NCBI GenBank assembly: GCA_963803825.1
Contig: CAWDOJ010000001.1
Span: forward strand, 151,102-215,101
Length of the DNA: 64,000 nucleotides
Reading direction: 5' to 3'
DNA from: an uncultured Verrucomicrobiae bacterium
GTDB lineage: Bacteria > Verrucomicrobiota > Verrucomicrobiia > Chthoniobacterales > JAATET01
Shown here in pieces: positions 20,538 through 31,400 of this stretch (the first letter of the stretch is position 1; each line of letters begins with the position of its first letter). A program made the translations under genes and the position numbers. Under the pieces are notes generated by a model. It was not told where the DNA came from, did no database searches, and saw nothing but the letters and a program-made list of their open reading frames with translations.

Positions 20538-20618
20538 ATCATTCATCCCGGTCGTTGGATCATGCGGGCGGGAAGACTTCTACGCCCACCTCTCGCTACC
20601 GGAGACTTTTTCCTCCCA

Positions 20619-21545
20619 TCAAGGCTGCGCCGCCGACTCTAGCAAGAGTTTAGCGGCCTCTTCGTGACTCTTGCGCTGCTGAGCCATGAACGCATCTTGG
20701 CCGAAGTAGACTCGGAAAAGATCGTCATTGTTGCGAGCCGCGCGAAGGTATTGGTTCCGATACGTCGGATCAGTTGGGTCGCCCGTCGTCTCCTCGGTGA
20801 CGGTCCTCGCGAAGTCTTCCGCCAACCTGCGCTTTTCTCTCCGATCTGCGGCGGAAAGGTTGAGTTCGTCGCTCGTCACCTCCAGCGATGCCGGGACGCT
20901 GGTCGTTCCGTCCGGCACCGTGATCGCCGCAGCTGGTTCGTCGGTCGCCCCGGCACTCGCGATCTGTCTGTCGGTCGCCGGAAGGCCCTCGCCCGCTGAC
21001 GAGGTGGTCCCGGAAGGCAGTCCCGCGCCGCCACCAGCAACCAGGTTGCCGCCCGAGGCAAAGAGCAGGCCGCTGTTCGTCGACCCAGCACTCGCGGACG
21101 GACTTCGGGAGTTTTCCTGCGGCCCCAAGTTGGAGTTGCCAGCGGACTGGGACGGACGATTTGTAACTCGCGTTGCAACTGTCCCGGGGTTTGGCACCAC
21201 CGAAGCCGTGGCTCCGGCGGGGTCCGGTGATGCGGGGGGAGCGGTGTCGAAAACCGAGGCGATCGGCGCCGCTGGGATATTCGCGTTGCGAACTGCGGGC
21301 ACGGGAGCCCTCGGCGTCGTAGCACCCGGACCCAATGGGCTGGAAGCCACCGCTCTCCTGGCTGGCGGGATAGCCGACACTTGGGAAGCAGTGGGGGACA
21401 CACCGAAGACCGCCGTCCGGCTTGGCTCCGGCTCGGGAGTATCACGGACTACCAGAGTCACGACCGCAATGGTCAGTCCGACGCAGGCCAGGCCCAGCAC
21501 GAGATTCAGAGCGACGAGATTTGGGATGACGCGGGAGGTGTTCAT
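20619..21545 (-). CDS. single-pass membrane protein with P/S/T/A-rich disordered linker and small C-terminal helical domain
   Basis: Internal ATG at 21545 forms an ATGA overlap with the stop of the Sel1 gene. TM helix VIPNLVALNLVLGLACVGLTIAVVTLVV. The upstream 69 codons of ORF 20619..21752 are R-rich and overlap the Sel1 gene. Confidence 0.6.
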   Translation of the reverse strand: MNTSRVIPNLVALNLVLGLACVGLTIAVVTLVVRDTPEPEPSRTAVFGVSPTASQVSAIPPARRAVASSPLGPGATTPRAPVPAVRNANIPAAPIASVFDTAPPASPDPAGATASVVPNPGTVATRVTNRPSQSAGNSNLGPQENSRSPSASAGSTNSGLLFASGGNLVAGGGAGLPSGTTSSAGEGLPATDRQIASAGATDEPAAAITVPDGTTSVPASLEVTSDELNLSAADRREKRRLAEDFARTVTEETTGDPTDPTYRNQYLRAARNNDDLFRVYFGQDAFMAQQRKSHEEAAKLLLESAAQP

Positions 21546-22495
21546 AGGGAACTGGGTTCGGGGTCGGGTGTCGGGGCGGGAGCGTTGGCGGCGGTATCTT
21601 CGGCGGCCATCGGGAAAAATCCGATTCGGTTTCGGATCAAGATGACGCGGCGCTTGCCTTCGATCAATTCCTCGGGAGCCATGCTCGGCTCGAGATCCTC
21701 GAGCAGCTTCTGCGCAGTGATCTCGCCAGCATCCGCGCTGACCGATAGCCAAGCGTAGGCTTGCTCGACGTCGCGGTCCAGACCGCCCAGGCCGCCCATC
21801 AGGAAGATGGCTAGGCTGGCCTGAGCCTTGGCGTCGCCCCGTTCAGCGGCCTTCTGGTACCAGTCCGCCGCAAGTTTCAGGTCAATTGGCTGTCCTAGGC
21901 CGTTTTCGGCCATGTTCCCGAGCAGATTCTGGGCGGATGCTACCCCACCCAACGCGGCCTGCTCCGACCAGAACGCGGCCTTGTCGTAATCAACGGCCTC
22001 GCCCTCGCGACCGAAAAAATAAATTTCTCCCATCGCCCCCTGAGCTGGCGGGTAACGCTGCTCGGCCGAAAGGCGAAACCAATCGACGGCCTCGGATTCG
22101 TCCCGGCTGACCCCATTTCCCGCGATGAGAAGGGTCCCGTAGAGGTATTGGGACAGCGCGGCCCCGCTTTCCGCCGCCATTTTGACCCAGCGGGCACCCT
22201 CTTCTGGATTCGGGTCGGTTCCCTGGCCGTTGATCAACATGTTCCCGACATTGTGCCGCGCCTTGACGTTCCCGAGTTCCGCCGACTCGCGAAAATGATC
22301 GAAGGCCTTGGCGGCATCCGCCTCGACCCCCTCTCCGAGCAGGTATCGCACGCCTTCGCGGTAAACCTCGTCATCCCCGATGGACGTGGGCGACACCGCA
22401 ACGGGCGGCGCTTGATCGGCGAGACCCGCCGCGAGCGGCGAGGTCACGCAGATGACCCGGGTGACCAGAAGGAGGAATTTTCGATTCGGTTTCAT
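21542..22495 (-). CDS. Sel1-like repeat (SLR/TPR-like) protein with signal peptide
   Basis: About six Sel1 repeats (A.KAFDHFRESAELGNVKARHNVGNMLINGQG, GARWVKMAAESGAALSQYLYGTLLIAGNG, and others). The start ATG overlaps the tpsA stop (TAATG at 22493-22497). Confidence 0.85.
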   Translation of the reverse strand: MKPNRKFLLLVTRVICVTSPLAAGLADQAPPVAVSPTSIGDDEVYREGVRYLLGEGVEADAAKAFDHFRESAELGNVKARHNVGNMLINGQGTDPNPEEGARWVKMAAESGAALSQYLYGTLLIAGNGVSRDESEAVDWFRLSAEQRYPPAQGAMGEIYFFGREGEAVDYDKAAFWSEQAALGGVASAQNLLGNMAENGLGQPIDLKLAADWYQKAAERGDAKAQASLAIFLMGGLGGLDRDVEQAYAWLSVSADAGEITAQKLLEDLEPSMAPEELIEGKRRVILIRNRIGFFPMAAEDTAANAPAPTPDPEPSSL

Positions 22496-25400
22496 TATGG
22501 GTTAGCTGGAGCGGACGGCCCGTCCTCGTTGTCCTCGTTGTCCTCGTTGTCCTCGTTGTCCTCGTTGTCGTCGCGGTCGTCGCGGTCGTCGCGGTCGGTC
22601 GGACCGGAAGCACCGCCGCCATATCCGACGACCTCGACGACGAAGATCGACGGGGCCTCCTCGCGCCGAGTGGGACCATTATCCTGACGGTTAGCGAAAT
22701 TGTCCGCCGTATTCGAGGCGGCACCCGCGGCGTTCGAGGCCGTAGTGAGCGCGCCGATACTCGGAGCGGAGGATACGGCGGGGGCCGGTGCTGGCACGTT
22801 CGACGAGGCCGCGGCGATGTTCGAGGCGTTTAAGATAACGGTCGCGGCGATAGACACCGACCCGGTCGCGCGGATGCCCGCGTCGCCCGCGTCGACGACT
22901 CCCACCGGAGCGATCAGATCAACATCGCCCGGCGGCACTCCCGCCACGGTCGCCAGGACGCCGATACCACCGCCGGTCGCAAGACCCGCCAGATCGGTCG
23001 TGACCGCTGCGCTCGACGGATCGAGCAGAACGCGAGTCGGCGGGGCGCTCTGGACCGTCTTGGCCGACGCTCCGGCGGCGATGTTGCCCGTGGAGGACCA
23101 GATGATCTGATTGCCACCGCGCAGGGTGAAAATTCGACCGATTCCGACGTCGACGTCGCCGTCCGTGAAGATGGAGATATTGCCCCCCGCCTCGGTGATC
23201 ACACCCGGTGGCGCCAGGGTTCCAGCCTGCAGGGTCGCGGCGAGCCGGAGCTCACCACCGGGGGCGAGCAACCGGATATCTCCGCCACTCCGGGTCCGGA
23301 TGTCGCGCGCCCGGGTGATCAAGTCGCCATCGTAGCGGACATCGCCGAAGAGAGCGTCAATGGCCGCAAATCCGGAATCGTAGTTTCCAAAACCGGGACT
23401 CGTCGGGTCGTTGAAGTCGCGCCCCGTGTCGCGCAGCAAACGAAAGAACACGTCCAGCGCCACGAAACTGCGCTGCTCGCTCGTGAGCGATTCGAAGTCT
23501 TTTCCAACGAGGCCGTCGAAGGTTGTCGTGACCGGTGACCCGCCCTCGCCGCCGATGCCGTATTCCTCGATGAACGTGGCAAAGTTGAGATTGCTCGCCA
23601 ACAGGCTCGATGCCGGACCGATCCCGGCAGCCACGACGAGTCCGGCCCCATCAAATGGCAGGCTTGGGTTCCGAGCGTTGCCGATGCTCGTGATGCCGAC
23701 GCCGGTTCCGTCCGGATTATTGGCACCAGTGCCGAGATCGAGCGTGCGACCCGCGATGACTTCGAGCGTGCCTTGACCAGTGATCTGAAGATCGCCCGCA
23801 AGCGGAGTTTGCGACGCCAAAGCGAGAACGTTGCCGGGCAGGACCGCGCCGGAGCGCGTGGGGGCATTGGCGTTGTTCGGGATGAGATCGCGCCCGGCGG
23901 AAACGACGCTGATGTCATCTGAGCCCGCGTTCTGGATGTAGAAGCTTACGTCGGTGATGTCTTCCGCCGCCAGAATCCGCGCAAATTTCGGAGAAAAGAG
24001 CGAGAATCCTGTGAGCCCACCGCTCTTGGCGTAAGCGCGCAGAGGCGAGGTGTCCTCCGAGTGCAGGATGTCGGGCGCATGCTGCGCGCGCTTCTGCTCG
24101 AGAGCTTGGTTTGGTGATCCGCTCTCTTGGAACAACACGTTCACGAAATCGAGGAAGTCGAGCGTCGACACACTTGCCGCCGAGCTGGTCCCGATCCCGG
24201 GCAGGGACTGAATCGCAAAGGGACTCGCGATCCCGGGGATGGCCGCCGGGTCCGCATCGGAGACGAGAATCTGGCTGGTGCCGAAGACGTTCACTGCCTG
24301 GCCATCGACGGTCGCTAGACCCTGCTTCTGAAGACCGTTGATCGAACCGCCGGCCAACAATTCGAGCGTTCCGGTCGACGACGGCGCCAGCGTGAGATCG
24401 CCGACGACGTTGATGTCGCTGGAGAACGAGGTCGCTCGAAGCGCGGGGGCATTTAACGCGGTCACCCGGTTGAAGGCCGTCACGTCGCTCTCGGCGAGCC
24501 GAAGCTGCGGTCGAGAAAACGAGGCGGTCGATCCGAAGAAGTCAAATTGCAGGACGTTCTGATACCACAGTTGCAAGATCGGCGACGAGGAGGCGGTCAA
24601 CCCGGACTGCGGAAGGACGGCCCTCTGGCGCAACGTCACCGAGCCGCCCAGCGAGCGAACATCCACCTCGCTGGTCGGCGCGAAGGTCGAGAAATAGGTC
24701 TTGAACCGGTAGGTATTATTGAAGCCCTGGGGCAGGAGGAAAGCGTTGACGGTCGGCCCGAGCAGGACGTCGCCACGAGCCCGCACGTCAAAGCCTCCTT
24801 TACCAAGAAATAGAGTGGTCGGGAGCCATGTTTCCGGCGCTAGCGGTGCGCGGAACGAAAGCGCACCGAGGGAAGGCGTCCGCGTCGAGTTGGTCGTGAT
24901 CTGATTGTCGGCGACGAGCTCGCCCCGCCCGCGTTCGACGTAGTAGACGCCGCCATCGATGTTGTTGCCGGCGCGGACGAGCAGGTCGCCGCCACCCAGT
25001 TCGACGGTCGCATCGGCGTCAGGCAGACCCTTCGGCGAGCGCGCGTTGGTCGGCACAACGGCGTCGACGTTCGTTACGTCACGTCCCGCGATCAGGCTGA
25101 CGTTGCCGCCGCCGAGCGCACCTACACCTTGAAAGAAATTAGTGAAGTCGACCCACCACGCCGTCGACAGGATCTGAGGCTGATCAGGACGATCAAAAAT
25201 GGAGCCACCGTAGAGACCAGTCTCCGGGTCGACGAAGCCGGTCCGGTAGAGCCAGTTCGTTGGCAGTTGTTGCTGGGAGTCCGGAATGAAGGCTCCGAGC
25301 GGCGTTTGGGTGAGATGGATGATGTCGCGCCCGGCGTTCAGCCGCACGCTGCCGCCCGCGAGGGAGAAGCTCGGGATGGACGACGGGCGCTGCTGAGTCG

Positions 25401-28400
25401 TCCCGAGATTCGAACCCCCAAAAGAATTGAGGAGCGGCACGTCATACGTCCCACCCAAAGTCGGATCGGCCACCTGCGTGCCGGCGGTGTAGATCGTGGC
25501 GAAATGGTTCAACAGCCGGATGTCGCGGCCAGCCGACACGTCGATATCGCCACTCCCCGTTCGGATGACCTGAAAGAGGCTGCGGGCAAGATCTGCGGTG
25601 CGAGCATTTGCGCCAGGAAACGTCGAGCTGTTCGTGCCGCCGTTTTTACCCAATCGAATCGAACCCACTTCGGTTTGTTGCCCGCCGCCGCCAGCGAGAG
25701 AGGTCGTCCGGAACAGGGACGCGAGCGATTGCACGCTCCGGAAATCAGCCGAAGAAGAGTCGGCCCCCGCCGTGAACCGAAACGCGTAGGATTGGGCGTT
25801 CGCGGGGAGCGCCGGGTTGAACTCGAGCAATCGCGCCGTGTAGAATGCGGACTCGAACCCATCCGAGATGGAGTTGAAGAGAATGAGATCGCCCGCGGCG
25901 CGCAACGTCAACGCGCCGGGAGCAGACCTTGGTCCGAACCGGAATCCGGCCAGATTCCAATCCTGGGAATTGTTCGAGAAGGCGCTGCCAAGCGTCAGAT
26001 CGCCCGTGCGATGGATCACCTCGGCACCCGGTTGGATGATCAAGGCCGACGCTAGCTCGGCGTTTTCACCGGACAGACGCGCAAGCATCGCGGCGTAGGT
26101 CGGCGACGCCGGATCACCAGCCACCCCGGCAAACACCTCACCGTCGGCCCGGATCTGATTGCGCAGGGTATTTGACAGAGATCCGTTGGTCGGGTTCTCA
26201 GCCGTCAAGTCGTAGAGTTGGTAGCCCTCGACGGTGATGCGGGGCGCGCCCGTGATCGTCGCGAGGATGGGATCGATCTGCACGTCGGATTGGTCGGCAA
26301 ACTGCGGGGCCCGCAGGTGCAGGGTCCCGCTGAACCGTCCGCGAGCGGCACTGCCTTCGCGGTTGGCCGCGACCGAGAGGTCAATGGTCGAACCATTCTC
26401 GAGCCTCAGCACCGCCGCCCGGTCGATCACGCCATTGGTCTGTCCCCCGGCTTCGAGGAAGATCGCGCCTCCCTTGCCGGCGCTGTCAAATCGCCGCGCC
26501 GCTACGTCGATCCTCGAGTCCGTCGCGAGGATGACGTTCCCGGACGCGCGGAGGGCGACCGTTCCACCCGTCCGACCCGATGCGTCAATCGACCCGTTCA
26601 GTCGGATGGAACCCCCGTCGGCGGTGACGAAATAGTTCCGCGCGACCGGGGCACCGTTCACCGTCACGTTCCCTTCGCGAATACGGAAGTCCCGAAGTTC
26701 GTTGAACAACGCCGCGTTGAGCAGCTCGTCCACCTCGTCCAATTCAGGCAGACGACCGACTTCCAAGACGAACGACCCACCGTCTCCACGACGCCCACCG
26801 GCTCCCTGCACATCGCCCGCAAATTCGAAACTCCCGTCGAGCGCGCGGATGGTCAGGACGCCCGCGTCGCCTCCAGCCCGGTTCGCCGACACGTCGATCA
26901 AGCTTTCCTCGCCCAATCTGACCGAACCACCCACCGAGACGAGTTCCACCCGTCCAGCATTCGTGAAGCGGGTGACGTCGAAGAAGTCAACGGCACGCCC
27001 GCCAGTGTTGATCATCCCGCCGACCTCGACGTCTCCGTTCCGCGATCTCGCCGTAAGCAGTCCGCTCGGCAGCAGGATGTCGCTGTTCAGCACCAGACTG
27101 GTGCCTTCGATGGTCAGGCTGCCCCCTAGGTTAGAGGCTCGACGGGCGCTTTGGGCGTTATTCGCCTCGAGGAACTCGACCTTCCCACCCGCCGTGATCG
27201 TCCGCGAGGCGGAGCGGGCAGCCGTCACGACTGACGTCGTTGCCTTGAGATTGCCCGAGACGCTGAGCGCGCCAGCGTCCTGCAAGCGGATGCCGCTGGG
27301 GCAACCAACCGCGTCGACCGGTAGTTCAGAATCGAGACGTCGTTCGCCCCGAGCGTAACCCGGCGTCCCCGGAAGGCGATCCGGCCATCGAGTTCTTGGG
27401 CCGTTTCGCCGGGTCCGGTCGCGGTTGCCTCGTTGTCGAGGAGGATGTTGTTGGCCGAAAAAACGACCCGTCCACCATCCGCATTGAACCCGCGGATCTC
27501 GGCGGCGTGGAAGCTCGAGGTCGCCGCGAACGTCGACGTGGCCCGCGCCGTAGACGTCGAGCGTGGAATACGTCAGCAGCGAGAGAAATTCCGCGCCGCG
27601 CAGACCGCGCAGGACTGGCCCCTCGAGGACGAGACCACGCGTGGGGGCGATCCGGCCCGAGCCGCGCAGGCCGATGCTGATCTGCCCGCTGTTCAGCGTG
27701 CTGGCGCGCGCCCGGAGATCGGCGCGACGAGCGAGGGTCGTGCCGGAGGTGGAATCGAGCGTGATGCTCGTCCCGCGAAGCTCCGCGCCACGGCCCACGG
27801 TCAGTTGCGGGACGACCGAGTCGGTCACGTCCCGACGCAGGCTGTCGGCGGCGAAATCGGCGCTGACCCGCACCATCGTTCCATCTCCGAAGAAGATCAG
27901 GCGCTGAGCGTCCTCGCTCAGCTCGCCGACTTGGACGATGGACGATCCCGGCGCGACGTTGATGAAGCGGTTCGCCGCGAGGATGATCTCGGGGCCGCGC
28001 AGCGAGGCTCCCCGGTTTTGCACGGTGAGAGATCCCGTGTCGACCGTGACCAGCGTGCCGTTGGCGACGTCCGTCCGGGTGCCGCCGATGAGCAGGCTGG
28101 CCGCGCCCCACGAACTCAACAGGTTCGACCGGAGCACGGCGGTGCGGGAGAGTCTGTCTCCAAAGGTGCCGACGTTGAAGAAGTCCGGCGGGAGGTTTGC
28201 GTCCTCTGCGGCAAGGCCTCCTCCCGAAATCAACACGTTGAGCGGCGTCGAGACGTCGATCCGCGATCCCCGCCCACCCACCGGAGCGAGCGAAGCGACC
28301 GCACCTCGCAGGCGAAGCGCCTCAATACCTGCAAACTGCAGCGATCCCGAGTCAACCGGCAGGCGCTGCAGCGTGTCGAGATCGAGTTCCGACGCGCGTT

Positions 28401-31400
28401 GCCGGAGGAATGCGTTCGCGCTGTAGTCCTGATATTCCGCCCGGGCTCGGAAGACATCCGCCGAGGCCACCTCGAAACTCGACGCGACGGCGGAAGCCTC
28501 GCGCCCACCACCGAGATTACTCAGCCGCGCGCCCGCCACCAGACTGGCGCCGTCGGGCCGCGCTAATGTGCGGAGGCCGCCGTCGGCCGTTCGCGGCGTC
28601 ACGAGTACTGCTCCGGGCAGCAGCGCGTAACGGCGGGGCAGCAGCGTGTATTCTCCCGCAGCGAGGGCCGGACTGGCATTGAGCAAAATCCGGTCGCCGA
28701 CCGAGAGACCGCGACTCACGTAGCCCGGGTCATTCCCCAGCGGCTCGTCACGCGCCGAAGGGGCAAACGGGGCGAACGGGGCGAACCGCGCAGAGTAGTC
28801 CGGGATAACCGCGAAGCTGTCGGCCACCTCCGTCCAAAAAAGAGTCCTCCCCGGGACCGGCACCGTAAACTCGCGCTGATTGACCGAGCCCGTGATGGTC
28901 GAGATCGAACGCGGAGCATCCGGCGTGTCCCGCCGAGCCGAGTAGGTCCGCCCGTTGAAAATAACGAGATCGCCCAAGTCGTAGCTCTCCGAGGTCGACC
29001 ACTGGTCGGCCGCGCTGCCCAGCAGGTCCACGGAGCCGCCCTGCCCAACATTGAAGCGGTATGAGAACAAGTCGCCTCCTCCCCGGATGTCGATCTGGGA
29101 ACCCCCCTGGGTCGCGAGGCGCTGGCCGCCCAGGATGGTCGTCTTCGCCGGGAGACCGTTCGCCGTGAAGTCGAAGCCGGCTGGGTCGATCAGCGAGGTT
29201 TCGTTGAAGTTCAGCCCGAAGGGCACGAGCAGTGCCTCGCCCGTTCGCGGATCCAGGCCCGAAACGGAAGTGAGGCTGCCATTTTCCACGACCAAACGAT
29301 TGGTTGTCGGGAACGGTAGCGCCGTCCCGGCGAGCCGATCCGCCGGCGGGGTCCCGACGCCGTCGTAGCCGATCCGAATCCGCCCGAACGGCGCGAGAAG
29401 GGTGCCACCCTGCCGGATGACCGAGCCGTAGACCTGCAGATCTCCGCCGGCGGAGAGTGGCAAGCGCGGCGCTCCGGAGACGTCGAAGGTCACGCGGCCC
29501 GGTCGAAGCACTTCGATCCTCGGAAGCGGCAGGCTCGGCTGGCCGTCCGGGATGAGCGAGGCCAGCGGATTCGCTTCTTTCCCGGCGTGATCGTAGGCGA
29601 CAACCGTGAAGTTCGAACCAGTCGTCGGGTAGATTTGCCCCGCTCGGAAGTTCAGTCTTCCGGCGATGTTCAGCGTCCCGTTCCCCCGGACGTCGCCCCG
29701 CGGCGCGATGAAGTCGGCGCGCTGAATCGTCTGCAAGGAAAGGTTGCCGATGTCGATCAGGTCGGCAACCACGCGCAGCCGACCCGGCCCCTTGGTCGGC
29801 GCAACGAAGAATGGCGATCCTTCGAGCGTGAAGACACTCGTCAGCTGGACATCGCCCGGCTGGAGTGGCGGGCGGAAGGTCGTCCCGAGCTTGACGTAAG
29901 GTGCCCGCAACCGGACGTCGTCTGCCGCGTAGAGCACTCCGCCGTCCGCGACGGAAATCTGCCGCCCCGCGTCGATCCGAACGCGATCCGTGAACGAGAC
30001 AACTCCGTCGAGTCCGATGGAATCAAAACCACGATCTGCGAAGTGGTCGACCGTGAAGCGCCCAAGTCCGTCCAACGGATTGCCGTTGCCGTCACGGACC
30101 AGGTTGCCGATGGAATTGCGTCGATCTTCGGTCTTCAGCAACGCCAGCGGCCCGAAGATGACGTCGTCGCCGAAGGGCGCGATGGCCGGGTCGCTCTGCG
30201 AAACGAGCAGATTAATGTCGGTCGGCAGACGGAGAACTTCGTCAGCCCGGTAGAACCGCCCGGACGAGACGTCGAGCGAGCCGCCGAGCGCGGCCGGTCC
30301 CCCGGCCTTGCCGACGAGCGTCGCGTCGGAGAAGAGCTGTTCTCCACCCGCGAGGGTGATCGATCCCGCGTCGGAGTCGATCCGCGTCGGCACGACCTGC
30401 CGCGTGAAGCGCGGGCCATTCAGACCACTGTTGATCGGGACCGGCGACCCGTCGGCTGAGACGTTGATGAGTCCATCGTTGAAGCGCGCGTTGGCCGGGG
30501 CCAAGTCGAAGCGCCCGCTCGCGCCCGCCACGTCGAAGACCGACCCAGCCAGCGCGACGATGTTGCCGGAGATCGAGATGTCGCCGCCGGCCAGCACGAA
30601 GCCCGTTCGGTTGCCGAAGGGATTGAACGTCCGCACGACCGTCCCCGCCGTGGAGAGTCGGGCCGACGGGCCAATCAGCACGGTGGTCAGCGCGTTCGCC
30701 GGGGCGTCGTTGAGCGACGGGAAGCTGTCCGCTCCTATGACGGAGATCGTGCCTCCGGGCGCGGTGAGTGAGCCTCGCAACAAGACCGTGTCACCAGTGA
30801 AGGAGACGCTCGCTCCCGGATCGGTCGTGATCGAGGCACCGTTGCGCATGACGACGTCAGACCGAACGGTGAGAATGTTCAGGAAATCATCCATCGCCCC
30901 CTCGCCCGAGAACGCCAGGCTGACGGGCGTGCGGTCCGAGAGACGGTCGATCCGCCGCTCGACGCGGATGGGTTCGTCCCGCACCGCAAAAGCACGCAGA
31001 TTCTGAGCGATCGGGTTCAAGACCGTTCCCGCTTCGATCTCAACGGCTGGACGGTAAACCTCCGGGTTCTCCGGGTCGGTGGCTCGCACGAAATCCTCGA
31101 GCGAAAAGGTCCCGAAATTACCAATGCGAAAGGTTGCGTCGATCCCGATGCCAGAGACAGCGAACGACCCGAAGCCACCTGCGCCGAAGAACTCGGGAGT
31201 CAGCACGAGGCGGCCCTCCCGCGCCCGACCGTCGTTGCTGACGAGGACCCGAGTCGAGCGGACCGCGAGGGAGCCGCCGATCACGCCGGAGAAGCCGCGC
31301 AGCTCACCGCCGAGCCGAGTTTCACCGCCGATCAGACCACTGAAGGTGATGTCGCGACCACCGAGCACGGAGATCGCACCGCCGTCGCCGAAGCTCACGT

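Noticed and set aside
27326-28111. 261-aa minus-strand R/P/G-rich ORF inside tpsA (third frame)
   Set aside because: Its composition is incompatible with a real protein. It is not the frame that restores FHA-like sequence in the frameshift segment.
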